Shown: positions 10,418 to 21,908, counted from the stretch's first letter. The stretch: DNA of 64,000 bases from Pavona decussata (GCA_977016875.1 CDRNST010000338.1:682001-746000), one strand, 5' to 3'. Numbers and translations are program-made. Notes: a model not told the origin generated them from the sequence alone.

Positions 10418-12431
10418 TAGTATAAATCTACTAACGTTCTATCACGAATGCTGCTCTCTTATTGGCTACGCTACTCACTATCTATTCTGTGATAGATAGC
10501 GAGTAGAGTGAGTAGCTTAAAACTGTGCGATCGTCAACAAAATGGCGTCCGCGTCTTCGCGTTTTCGAAGTGTCTGTAAAGAGGATTTGGATAATTTACT
10601 AGTCGAGGCAATTCCAGAAAAAACAAAAATTGCAACCAAATATGGAATGAAGATTTTTCACGGTAAGAAAAGGAGTTGAAACAAGAGTTAAATAATTTTA
10701 TCCTTCATTTCGCTTTTAAAAGTTGGCAATTTTATAATTTTGAAAACATTCAAAGTTGCGTCTTATACTGACACATTTTTTTTGCAAAATAAATTTTAGA
10801 ATGGTTCGCAAGCCAACAGAAATTCACCGTACCTATCGAAGAGCAGTCAAAAGAAGAGCTGAACAAATGTTTGCAAGTTTTTTATGCATCAGTAAGGCAA
10901 AAAAATGGAAGCGAATTTAAAGTTTCTTCCTTGCGAGCGATTCGCGCTGCCATTGACCGGCATTTAAAGCAGCCGCCTCACAACAAGCCCTGGTCAATTA
11001 TCGGTGATTCCGAATTTGCAAAGGCCAACCAAACACTCAACGCTATTTGCAAAAACGTAATGAAAGAAGGGAAAGTAGGTCCTGTGGTGCATAAAAACCC
11101 AATAACCAGCGAACAAATGCAAGAATTGTTCGCAAGCGGTCAGCTTGGCGACGCCAACACAAAAGATCCCTCGCAACTACTGCGAACAGCTTGGTTTTAC
11201 TTGACCCTTTATTTTGGAAAACGAGGACGAGAAAATCAACGAAAACTTACCAAAGAGATGCTGGTTTTGCAGTCTACACTCAAAGGAAGACGGTACTATG
11301 AGTTCCGAAGGGATGCTCTGATGTCCACCAAACACCACCAAGGGGGACTCAACGATTCTACGGACGAATCCGACGGAAAGATGTTTGAAGCAATCAATTC
11401 CAGTCGCTGCCCAGTGAAAACAATTGAGAATTTCATTAAGCATCTCAATCCCAAATTGGATTGCCTGTTCCAGCGACCGAGGGAACTGTCAGGGAAATTC
11501 AATCCTGAGAATGAAACCGTGTGGTATTGTAATTCACCAGTCGGTGAATCCACACTCGCCAATATGATGAAAACCATGAGTAAGGCAGCTGGAATTACTC
11601 CACATCTCACCAACCACTGTGTGAGAGCTACAGCAGTGACCGTGTTGTCAGATAGCAATGTTGAGGCAAGACACATCAAGGCAGTGACAGGCCACAAATC
11701 AGACAGCTCGATTGAATCGTACAACGCAAGGGCATCCTTCCACCAGAAGGAGAACATGTCAAACATTTTGAGTGGATTCGTATCCGGAGAGGAGCCATCA
11801 CACCAGCCACTAGCTATTCAGAATCGCTCCAATGTTCTGCTCCAAATTCAGAACGAGAATAAACCATCCAGCTCTTCTTCTGCCGTTGAATCCCAAGTCA
11901 GTTATCAGCAGTCAAACGCCCATCTTCCACAGTCGTTCAGCTTCCATGGTTGCACGGTCTCCATTGTAAACAACAACTTTTTTCGCTAAACTGTGTTCAA
12001 CTTTCAACTTTCCATAACTTTCTACTCATTTACGTTTTGTAGATTAAAAAGGTGGCTTCCAAAGAGAACATTTACGTCAGCATATCAGATTATCTTTGCT
12101 TGTCATTTTACAATAAAAACTCCGCTCCTCGTTTCAGTTTCGAGCGCATGACAGTTTATAAAATCTTGAATGAAATGCAAAGGCGCACACACAGAAACCA
12201 ATGCAATGTCGTGCAGTTGTCAATTATCCGCGCATGGTGTGACATATTTATATTACAATTCAGTAAACACGTGAACCTGTCTTGTTGTCAAGTTTTGAAC
12301 GACTAGTAGATTTATACTAAAACAATTAGATTATTCGCTCTCAATTTCTATGCGTGATAGTTGATTCGGGCTTCGCCCTCATCAACTATCACGCGATAGA
12401 AATTTCGAGCTCATAATCTAACTGTTAATTA
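10418..12431 (+). mobile_element. Crypton (DUF3504-type tyrosine-recombinase DNA transposon), apparently complete
   Basis: 5' terminal tagtataaatctacta (10418-10433) is the perfect inverted copy of subterminal 12304-12319, which is followed by a ~106-nt hairpin (12321-12426). Short tta/tgtta direct repeat at the ends. Encodes a recombinase. Confidence 0.88.
10542..11989 (+). CDS. Crypton tyrosine recombinase, 2 exons (10542-10662, 10800-11989), 436 aa, uninterrupted
   Basis: Exon 1 is MASASSRFRSVCKEDLDNLLVEAIPEKTKIATKYGMKIFH. A GT-AG phase-1 intron (10663-10799) joins it in frame to the 10871 ORF. Catalytic R (GKRGRE), K (TKHHQGG), HxxR (NHCVR), H (TGH) and Y (SIESY) are present. Confidence 0.9.
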
Positions 12432-12769
12432 CATTGAAAAATGAAAATTGTCGAGATATGTGCAATAAACAGCTTACGTCATAGAAAGTGCTTTGTACCG
12501 GGTTATATTTACTCGTTGCTTGTGTCAAAAGCCCTCACTCGCTCGTACCTCGCTTGTTCGGGTTTTGACACAAACAACTCGTGAATATAACCCCGAACGC
12601 CGCACTTTCTACGACGTAAACTATATCTTCGCATCTGGCTAGTGAGTGGTCAGTTTGCTGATAATTGGCAACTTATGCTCCTGGGACCTGATTTACGAAG
12701 ACCTTTAAAGTTAAGATGTATCTTAAGAATTGTTTCTTAACAAACGCCTATTATTGTAATAATAGACTA

Positions 12770-13339
12770 CAGTCAAACCTCTATTAAGCGGTCAAACTCG
12801 GGAAATAGCCAACTAACCACGTAATACAGGTTGACCGCTTAAAAGAGGTTTTCCCAACCGTAGTACGCTATTGAATGTAATATGGTAAAAATGGAACTAG
12901 CCTAAGTATGTCATATATATTGTATCAGTTAACAACAACAGTAACTCGAAATATGAGAAAAACAACAAGCTAGTAATTGTATGGTCAAGGTAGTTCAGCC
13001 TGTAGTTCTAATGTTGTTTGTAAGGCAATCTTGTTTGGTTTAAACCACATTAGTAACGTACAGTTTTGCCATTCAACATGTAGTGAAAAAAATCGGTTAT
13101 TTGTTATTCTAAGTCTGATTACAAAGTGTATATTATGTTGTGATTCGCCCGTCGTCGTGTCAAAATATCGCATTGCACCTGTCCACGTGAGCGCTTAAGT
13201 GAAATACAATAACATTAGCCAATTGGGAATTCTAAATGGTGACTGCATCCGCTTAATAGAGTTCAAATTTACAGTAAATATCGGGACTGATTTGGGGAAG
13301 TTTAATAGAGGGTAACCGCATAAAAGGGAGGTTTGACTG
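12770..13339. mobile_element. Tc1/mariner-pogo type MITE
   Basis: TA|cagtcaaacctc ... gaggtttgactg|TA; empty site aatagacta^ttg at ~14364. Confidence 0.88.
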
Positions 13340-13465
13340 TACTGTTCAGAAATACATCTTTAGTAAGGAGGGCCTCATGAATCTGTCCCCTGGCTGGTAG
13401 AAGAGTAACATTTATGATTTATGGCTTGTCTCATAAGGAGCAAAGAAGAGATGGTTCAAACTTAC

Positions 13466-13573
13466 CGCAGTTTCTCTCGTCAGAATTATCACCACAGTCA
13501 TTGTCGCCGTTACACCTGTAACTGGCTGACATGCATCTGCCATTGTCACATGCGAACCGTGATGACGAACAAC
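13466..13573 (-). CDS. LDLa exon 2 (108 nt, phase 1-1): [36 protein letters not shown]
   Basis: tttcctag acceptor, G|gtaag donor, six Cys and acidic motif. Confidence 0.92.
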
Positions 13574-14488
13574 CTAGGAAATAATTTAAAACAAATCTTA
13601 TTGAAGTTTTCACTATGACTGTTATTTATCGTAGTCCTGTAGTTTGAAGTGCATCCTTTATTTAATTGCAGTTACCAGGAAAATATCCATATTCTAAAAA
13701 CTAGCTCATTTCATATTCTTGGGCGCTCGAGGTGTTGAGAACCAATTGTATTTACGACTACTGACAGAAAATGACGAAAACATGTTTCCTTCTGAAAACC
13801 CTCGCACAATTGTCTCCTTGATATTTTACAACACTTTGCTCAGAAATAAAATGGTTCACTCTTATAACTAGAAAAACATTTTTAAATCGCTCAATCGAGC
13901 GGTTGCCCTCCATAGCAAGCACTCAGAGAACTATTCTACTCACTGGCGGCCAAAGCTGAGACGCAAGCAAAATGTTGTGAAAAGAGCGGAAGACAAGAAA
14001 ACGCTTTCGGCTGGCAAACGTATTTTCCCAAGATAGTAGAAGAGGGGAGAAGCCAACACCCGGTTTGTAAGTGAATGAAGTTTTCGATTTCCCTGGGGTT
14101 TGCCTTCTTCTTCCCTCCCCTACTTCAACCACCCAATTTCTGCTTTATCTCTAATTTCAAATTTAGCTGGTTATTAGAATCACATACTACAAAGCTGGCT
14201 AGTGAGTGGTCAGTTTGCTGATAATTGACACCTCATGCTCCTGGGACCCGGTTCACGAAGGCCTTTAGAGTTACGATGTATCTTTTAAGATACATCGTTT
14301 CTTTAAAAGAATTGTTTAAAAGAATTGTTTCTTAACAAACGCCTATTGTTGTAATAATAGACTATTGCCCAGACATACATCTTAAGTGAGGAGGGCTTCG
14401 GGAATCTGTCCCCTGGCCGGTAGAAGAGTAGCATTTATATTTTATGGCTTGTCTCATAAGGAGCAAAGAAGAGATGGTATAAACTTAC

Positions 14489-14608
14489 CACAGTTTCTCT
14501 CGTCAGAATTATCACCACAGTCATTGTTGAGGTTACACCTCCAGCTGGCTGGTATACGTCTGCTATTGTCACATGTGAACTGTGCTGGGCGTGGTGGGAG
14601 CATAGGAC
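14489..14608 (-). CDS. LDLa exon 1 (120 nt, phase 1-1): [40 protein letters not shown]
   Basis: cctag acceptor, G|gtaag donor, LDLa DCGDNSDE motif; only 4 Cys. Confidence 0.85.
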
Positions 14609-15619
14609 CTAGGATATATTTTAAAACAAATCTTATTAAAGTTTTCACTATGACTGTCATTTATCTTACTCCTGTAGTTTTAAGTGCATCCTTCATTAAA
14701 TTGCAAGTGTCAGGATATTATCTATATTTTAAAAACTAGCGCATTTCATATTCAAGGGCACTCAAGGTGTTGAGAACCAATTGTATTATATTTTCGACTA
14801 CTGACATGAAATGGAAAAGGCATGTTTCCCTCTCAAAATCCTCACAAAATTGTCTTCTTAATATTTCCCAACACTTTGCTCAGAAAAAAATAAAAGGTTC
14901 ACTCCTATATAAAAAAAAAATTAATTCGCTCAATCGAGTGGTTTCCCTCCATAGCAAGCTTTCAAAGGATTATTCTGCTCACTGGCGGCGAAAGTTGAGA
15001 CGCGAGCAAAAAATTGTGAAAGGAGCGGAAGACAAGAAAACCCTATCGGCTGGCAAACGTATTTGTCCAAGATAGTAGAATAGTGGAGAAGACAAGACCC
15101 CGTTTGTGAGTGAATAAATTTTTCGATTTCCCTGGGGTTTGCCTTCTTCTTCCCTTTTCTTTACCTCAACCACGCAATCTCTGCTTTACTGATCTGTGAT
15201 TTCAAAGTTAGCTGGTAAATGCGCCAACAGAAACATTTAGAATAACAATGTTTTCTTACAGCAGCATTATTTTAATAACTTAGGAGCAGGAGCTCTCAAC
15301 AAACCCTACGGGGCTGTTGGCACCCTATGCTCCTAGGATTCGGTTCAAGAATTGTTTCTTAACAAACGCTTATTGTTATGATAACAAACGATTGTCAAGA
15401 AATACATCTTAGGTATGTTTTCCCGCTGTTGTTTGTTGAAAAGGGGTTAATTATTAACTTACGCAATTTATTGATTTCACGCGCTTCTAAGTTTGCCTGT
15501 GAATGTGATCAGTTACAAAATCTTCAAAGTACAAAGGGTAATGAATAATCCATAGCCGTCCTGATTAGGCTGTGTTACTTACTCAGTTCCATTCATTCAA
15601 TATTCACGTACTCTTCGGG

Positions 15620-15875
15620 TCACGCAGCTCTTTCAACCTGCTGTCATCATATTGTTTGTAACGAATCTTGCCATTGACAAACCATGCACTTTCCACAGAC
15701 TATTTTCCTTTTAGTACTTTCAACCTTTTGGCAAGCTCTGGTGTCATATCCTTCACTATAGTGATTCCCTTTTCTTTAAGACCTCTCGTCCTCATGAAAC
15801 TGAAATGCCATCTTCGTCTTGTTCGATAAAAACTTAACGATCACCGCTCTTGGCTTCATGTTTCTCACATCAACA
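15620..15875 (-). pseudogene. Relic of a LINE ORF1 C-terminus
   Basis: Hand translation KPRAVIVKF...GITIVKDMTPELAKRLK...SAWFVNGKIRYK, with stop and frameshift. Confidence 0.6.
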
Positions 15876-16013
15876 TTGTGATAAAGGTTAGTGAGCAGCC
15901 AATTTATATATGCATGTGTTAGGTTATTTTTACGATGACGCAAATCTGGTATTGGAATTGTACATTTTGTTTAATAAGAAAGCAAAAACAAATTTAATTT
16001 GTGTTACACTTAC

Positions 16014-16066
16014 AGCAGCTTATCTCAGCAGAGGTTTCACCACGGTTTTCGGAGCGGCCATACCGA
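16014..16066 (-). pseudogene. Decayed LDLa half-exon (RYGRSENRGETSAEISC)
   Basis: Same family as 258-318 and 6410-6470; retains the T|gtaag donor. Confidence 0.5.
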
Positions 16067-17374
16067 CCTTACACTGTTAAACTGAATTCACTAAAATGAA
16101 ATACACTATTAAACTACTATTCACTAAAATGAATACGCGTTTTTTGAAACATCCTCGCGGCTATTCCAATTCCCTCTAAATATTCAATGCAGGTGAAATT
16201 TCCTGGAGTTAGATTCTTGGAGACCGCACCCAAGTTTAGAAAGAGAAGAACAATTCGTCGTCGTGTGTTTACGTCTTCCATATAACGACACATTGGGAAA
16301 TTTTACGTCCTAGTTGTGCAGTAACGGCAAAGAAATGTATCAAAAAGTGGTTATTAAGGTCATTAAGCCAATTGTTTGTTTGTTTGTTTTTTTTTGGTTG
16401 CGTTCTCGTTACCGTCGCCTTCGTCGTTGCTAAAACTCCCTAAAAATAGGGAGCTTAAACAACGACGACGGTGACAGCAACGAGAACGCCACAAAACAAT
16501 AGGCTTAATGAGGAAAAACAATCGCGACAGAAGAGACTCCTTGCTTTCCAAAAGAAGGTCGGTCATTTAAAAGAAACAATAAACTGAAATCAACACAAAG
16601 AATAATCTATGAAGTGACTGGCCCTCTGTACCGCTTAGAAGTAAGTAAGGCAGTCCTTGCATTGTCAGACCAACCATTTCACATTGCAGCTGCAGGATAT
16701 CCTAAAAACTGTAGACCGAAAAAGGAATAGCAAATTTTCCCACTCCTCTTAACTTGTAAGTGTGGTTGGAATAGTAAGCTTAAATATGGTGGGTTCGTGC
16801 CAGCTAGCCTTCCAGCCACATTACAGTCACTTTTCTTAAAAAATGCAAACAACTTGTAATTTTAATTTGAGATAAATGGCTTTAGTGATAGTATGAGAAC
16901 TGTTTTAAGATGTCAGAATTCCATATTTTTAAACTGTGGTGTTGCATACGTAAAGAGTTAATTGGGGTCTTGTTTTGTAATTCATTTTAGCGAGAATCCT
17001 CTAAACGACCCCGACTGGATAATGATGACGATGATGACAAAGACAATAGCGGAGCTGTAAGGATCACTATGCGCATAACTCACTATGGGTTTTTTTACGT
17101 TTTTTAAATGTGCAGTGCTGTTCTGTTTTTTCGTGAGTAAGGCCTTAGCAACAAGGACCCTGCTATTAAACGAGCAAAAGTCAAAATTATTTGAAAAATA
17201 ATTTAATTGTGCATTTGTTCCGAGTGACGGTCTCATTCATTGTGTGGATTGGAATAATTAGTAAGGACAATTTATTCACACTCTAATAAGTGATGTTGGA
17301 AAGAATAAAAACTTGAAATGGAATGATTTCATTGTTTTGTACAGAATGATTTTGGCTACCCCAACTGGGTATTA

Positions 17375-17559
17375 CAGTCAACTCTCGAATTGCGGACACC
17401 TTGCTTTTACGGACACCCTGATAATACGGACAACAGCTAACAATAAAACAATAAATTACATACATTTGACTGAAATAAGTTCCCGCTATTACGGACTCTA
17501 GCTATTAAGGACTAAAAACTCGCAGTCCCGAGGGTGTTCGCAATAAAGGGATTTGACTG
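17375..17559. mobile_element. Tc1/mariner-pogo type MITE
   Basis: TA|cagtcaa ... ttgactg|TA. Confidence 0.8.
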
Positions 17560-18599
17560 TATTTGGACAGTCAAAAAAAAAAAACAAAACAAAACAAAAC
17601 AAAAACAACTGTGTTGTAGTAGGTTCCTTTCAGGTTTTTCAATGCAAATTGACTAATCGTTGGTTATTAGTTTTTCAGATAAAACTACTATTGTAGCGCT
17701 TTGAAGGACATCTTGTATTTGTATATACGAATGATTAAAAAGAAGACGTTTCATTTTATAGAACCTCCTTGTGGACAGGGCCTCTGTCACTTCAATTTTC
17801 TTCAACACGCTAAGAAGTCCTCTATTAGAATGGCTTCCAGTAAAATTTCCTCCAAAATCGTACAGTAAATGTAATAATCAAACTCGCAAATGTCTACAGA
17901 ATAGAGCGGTTTTCAATTGGGTCGAAAGTAATATCGTGTTTGCTTTAACTGATTTTGCTTTAGTACGCTCTGTGATTGGTCACTAAAATTCGTACCACTT
18001 TCTCAACCAATGAGAAGCAAAACCAAAGCCAATCATACCTCGTACGCTCGTGTTTTTCCCCGCTTGGCACCGGTTACAGGTATGTGCCTTGTGATTGGTC
18101 AAAGTAATTACTTTGGTTTTAATTAGACTTAAATGATCCATGACCAATAACATCAATGAGTAATCATGGGGTAATTAATGAGTAATCAACTGATTAGTCA
18201 TTGATTATTATCGATAATCGATGGGTAATCGATGACTAATTGATAAGTTTTTCTCTCGGTGTAAAAGTTTCCCATATGGAGTGTTTTCATTCACGTGACT
18301 ACCAGCCATATTGGTTTACTGAAACAAAAGAAAGTATTTGCATAAAAAAAGGAGTTCAATTCCCAGAGGTTTGGTTTGTGACACCAACATTCATGTTATC
18401 GATAAGTTTAATACGTCTGGGAATATTTAAATTGTTTACTTGTCAGGGAAGTAGTGCGCTTAAGAGATTTTAATTATTTGAGAGTTTTCGTACGTCAGAA
18501 GTGCTTGTTATTGTACGCGCTTTCTGGTGAACTCAAAGTGTGGAAGTTGGCTTTTGTGTTAATGATTCAGATTTAATTAGGGAATTAAACATGTCAAGG

Positions 18600-20324
18600 T
18601 CCCCCATTTTAAATGTTGCTTTAACACGCTACTCTCCCTGGCATCAGATTATGGTACGTGTGATGGTATGTATTTGTCCAACACGGCCACTGTTTGCTTA
18701 CTTAGCTATAGAGTCCCATTATTGCACATACATAGTCTTGGTAAGTCATTTATATTTCTCTTCCTTTTTGAGCTCCAACAGTTTCAAAAGTGCTCAATAT
18801 ATGTTTTCACACATTCGTCTAATACAAAAAAAAAAAATCCTGTGCAAATTTTGCAATGTTTTCGAGATCTTCCAGAGAGCATTCGCCAGACTGATATGCT
18901 CCCCTTAACTGGGCTCATGGTAAATAATCGTCAATGGTTCTGTACACTGTTGGCGTCCTGTGCACAAGTAGGTAGTGAAGTTCAGGGATTTGATAATCAG
19001 GGAAAGGCCTTGGAATGCGCTCGGTCTGACTACAACACTTTTTGCTTGACTTGCAAAAGTCAGATAGTTTGCTGCTGGAAATTTCACAAGCCCCCCTTCT
19101 GGTATTCAAGAAACATCTCTCCAATATATCCTTAAATGGATATATCTTCTTGAAGTAACTGCAACTCACGACCTGGCCTCTTTTGGCTTATGTTTTGGCT
19201 GCTGTGTATTGCATCAGACTCTTTTTACTGAAAAAAAAAATGATCTTTTTGGCAAGTTGTAACATAACATTCAACAAGGTCTCCATCAGGCCCTGGCTCA
19301 TCATCCACCATTGGTTGTACCTCCTGGGCTACTTGCCATACATTCCTTTCCATGCAGTCTCTCTCTTTTTGCTTTACTTCACTCGCTGATAGTGCATCAA
19401 TCTTCTCAATTATCAGGTCATCAAATGATTTAAAATATATATTCCCAACTCAATGTTTATCCATCTACAAGGGCATCAACTATGGCTGCATTTGTTCTCT
19501 CTGCTTTATTTTGAGCAAAGTCCCCAGGAGCATGATGGATTTGGTTACCCGATCAGAGGAATGGATGCAGGCAACTTCTGAGTCCCTTAAGCGAACCTCT
19601 CTATTGGTTATTCCCTCTCCAGGGCCTGCATCCGTAGTCTTCGGGTTGCTACAGCACATTATAAGGGGTTCAAACGGTCTATCTTGCTTAGATACTGGGA
19701 GCATTCACTTAAACGTTCCTCCATTATGTCCCACAGCTTTGCTTGTTTTACATAGAAAAGCACGTTTCTTTGGACCAAAACTGAGCTTTCTTTAATGCTG
19801 ATAACTTTTTCTAACAACTGATTGACTAATGTTTCTTCAGCTCCTTGGCCCTTTCTTTATTCTCTGTCCAAATACCCATGACTTCGTCAAGTTGATTCTT
19901 AATGCACGCAAGTTTCTCATTCTCATAGCAACAGTTGACATACATGTAGGCTTGTTGGGTTATTCAGGTTGATCATTATTAAAGTTAAAAATAGACCATT
20001 TCCAAGTTGCTGTTAACCTGTTTATGAAAACGAGGCTAAGTGCAGAGCTTTACGTATGAAAATTAGTTTTCTTTGCATAACAATGAAAACTAATTTTCAT
20101 GACAAAAACTTTGCACTTAGCCTCGCTTTCATAATGAGTTTCAAAGCAACTCGGAAAAGGCCTATTGCTTATTTTAAGTGAACAGCAATGTCTACGAAAA
20201 GAGATATGGCCCTCCCCAAAGCCTTCCTTAAATTTTTGGTGACCCTCCCCTTTTTGGTTTCATTAAATGTAATGACCCTCCCCCCATTTGCACCAGCCCT
20301 CCCCTCTAATAAATGGCAGGTCCC
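18600..20324 (-). mobile_element. Degenerate Zator-like DDE transposon (relative of 58817-64000)
   Basis: TDAGPGEGITNREVRLR and HAPGDFAQNKAERTNAAIVDALVDG*TLSWEY align with the 62.3-62.6 kb relic; terminus ...ggtccc|TTA at 20324. Confidence 0.65.
19993..20163. mobile_element. MITE with AT flanks (ISL2EU-like)
   Basis: TIRs agaccatttccaagttgc / gcaactcggaaaaggcct. Confidence 0.7.
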
Positions 20325-20451
20325 TTATACTTCATAGTCGAGTCATATATGAGGTATAGATGTTATACTTCTGATTTGAGGTATAACATCCATACCTCAG
20401 GTGAGAGCATGCTTGACCCGGAACTGAGGTATGGACGTTATACCCTTATAC

Positions 20452-20552
20452 CCGTATTTTCTCGATTAAACGTCCCCGGCGTTTATTATTTAAAATTCGG
20501 CAGTTTTGACCCGGCGTATTTTAGAGGCCGGCGTTTAATCGTGAAAATACGG
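20452..20552. mobile_element. Short Tc1/pogo-like MITE
   Basis: ccgtattttctcgattaaacg / cgtttaatcgtgaaaatacgg inverted termini next to TA. Confidence 0.65.
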
Positions 20553-21342
20553 TACTAGAAAATTGGCCCAATATGTGTAAATAGGAATCCCAAGTTTCTG
20601 TCCATCACACAAATTTAGTAAACTCGAAAGCCTTTAAAACAATGCATTAAAAAACGTATCTTTTTAGTATATAAAAACAAGCCTTCTTAGACGAGGCGGA
20701 GGAAAAGTATGTTAAAATAGATGAAAATGGGAACCAAATAGCTAAGAAACCTGGACTTGATTAGGTTCATTTTTTAAATGATCAGATTTTTTTCTTTTTT
20801 TCTCTTCTTTCCACGTTTGTCGACATATTCAATACATAAATTGACTTTGTAATTTGTTGTATTAAGACTGTGTCCTTGTTTTTCTAAAACACAGTTGTCC
20901 ATGCAACTTCTCACCAAAAAATCCAAGGGCGGCAGAACAGGCTTCACATACTTGAGTGTGCCATTTGCATTGGTTGTCATGAAGTGTTGCATACGGACGT
21001 ACGGTCGGACGGACAGTGACGTCATAAACGAAACCAAAATTTCTCGCATCGACATGGCGCTCCGCGCGCGCGCCAGGACCATCGCTTTTAGAGGTTGTGA
21101 AAAGGCACTTGCATGCAGCGTGACAATTCGAGACTGTTTGTTGCACATTACTGTTTTTAATTATAAACCTTTTTGACACACTTTTTTAAAATTCCAAAAA
21201 TTCTGAGGGGGAAGCCTTAGCCCCCATGGCGGAGGGAGAGCGTTGAGTGACGAGTCCAAACGACGGCTGCGAAGGAGACTAGTGGCTACCCTGCATAGCA
21301 GGAATGTCCTCTCATCGTTCAACCATGATTCTTAACCGCATT

Positions 21343-21908
21343 GGCTGTTTTCACACAAGAAGACAGCAAATCATCTGGACGGCCAAGTCAAGTCTTTGAC
21401 ACCAAATTACGAACTCTTAGGCCGAAGTGATTCAGTAACACACTCCAGTTTGAACTTTTATTCAGTGCCATGGTTTGAAATTCCAAAGAAATAGTCCATG
21501 GTCGATCTCTATTCTCATTCGAAGCCAAAACACTGGCAAACGCCTTTAATTCTTGCTCAGATCATGATTTGTTCTTCCGTTTGTCCGCTCTTTCTCTCAA
21601 CAGCGGTATCTCCACCCGCCATTTTGATTTTCCAATAAGCCATCACCCCTTTTGCTAGTTCCATTCCCCTTACAGAGTACGGCGAACGAGATGCAACCAT
21701 TTGTTCGCCTGGTTTGAATTTAAGTCGGACTTTCTACGACTTGTCCGTCTAGACGAACAAATCGACCTTGAAAAATCGTCTTAACGGACGGACAAATAGA
21801 CGGACAGATTTAGACGACTTTTACATTCAAAATTTTTGTCGTCCCGTTATCCCGCTGAGCCGACTTGTCCGTCCAGAAGATTTGTCCGTCTCTAGTGTGA
21901 AAACGGCC
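21343..21908. mobile_element. MITE with 3-bp ATT flanks (PIF/Harbinger-like)
   Basis: ggctgttttcacac ... gtgtgaaacggcc; internal gtccgtc/gacggac repeats. Confidence 0.6.

Larger units (their letters stand above)
8570..12625 (+). mobile_element. Older degenerate Crypton (recombinase relic ~8750-10240, own 3' hairpin 12471-12622) hosting the intact Crypton and a MITE
   Basis: Fragments FLGLRGCQEQRDMRWGD, KRQTKTRTG and FTNHSGRKRMIQKL...ISGHKNVQSLTNY, with frameshifts and stops; in-frame 198-bp internal tandem duplication (~9087-9482). 5' boundary approximate. Confidence 0.82.
12630..15410. repeat. Tandem duplication of a one-exon LDLa unit (~12630-14170 versus ~14190-15220); related intron pieces at ~2290-2530 and ~40-100
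   Basis: Colinear intron similarity; the second copy provides the empty site for the MITE at 12770. Confidence 0.85.

Noticed and set aside
11296-11766. Antisense ORFs over the Crypton, ISL2EU and LINE genes
   Set aside because: Shadow frames of real coding sequence.
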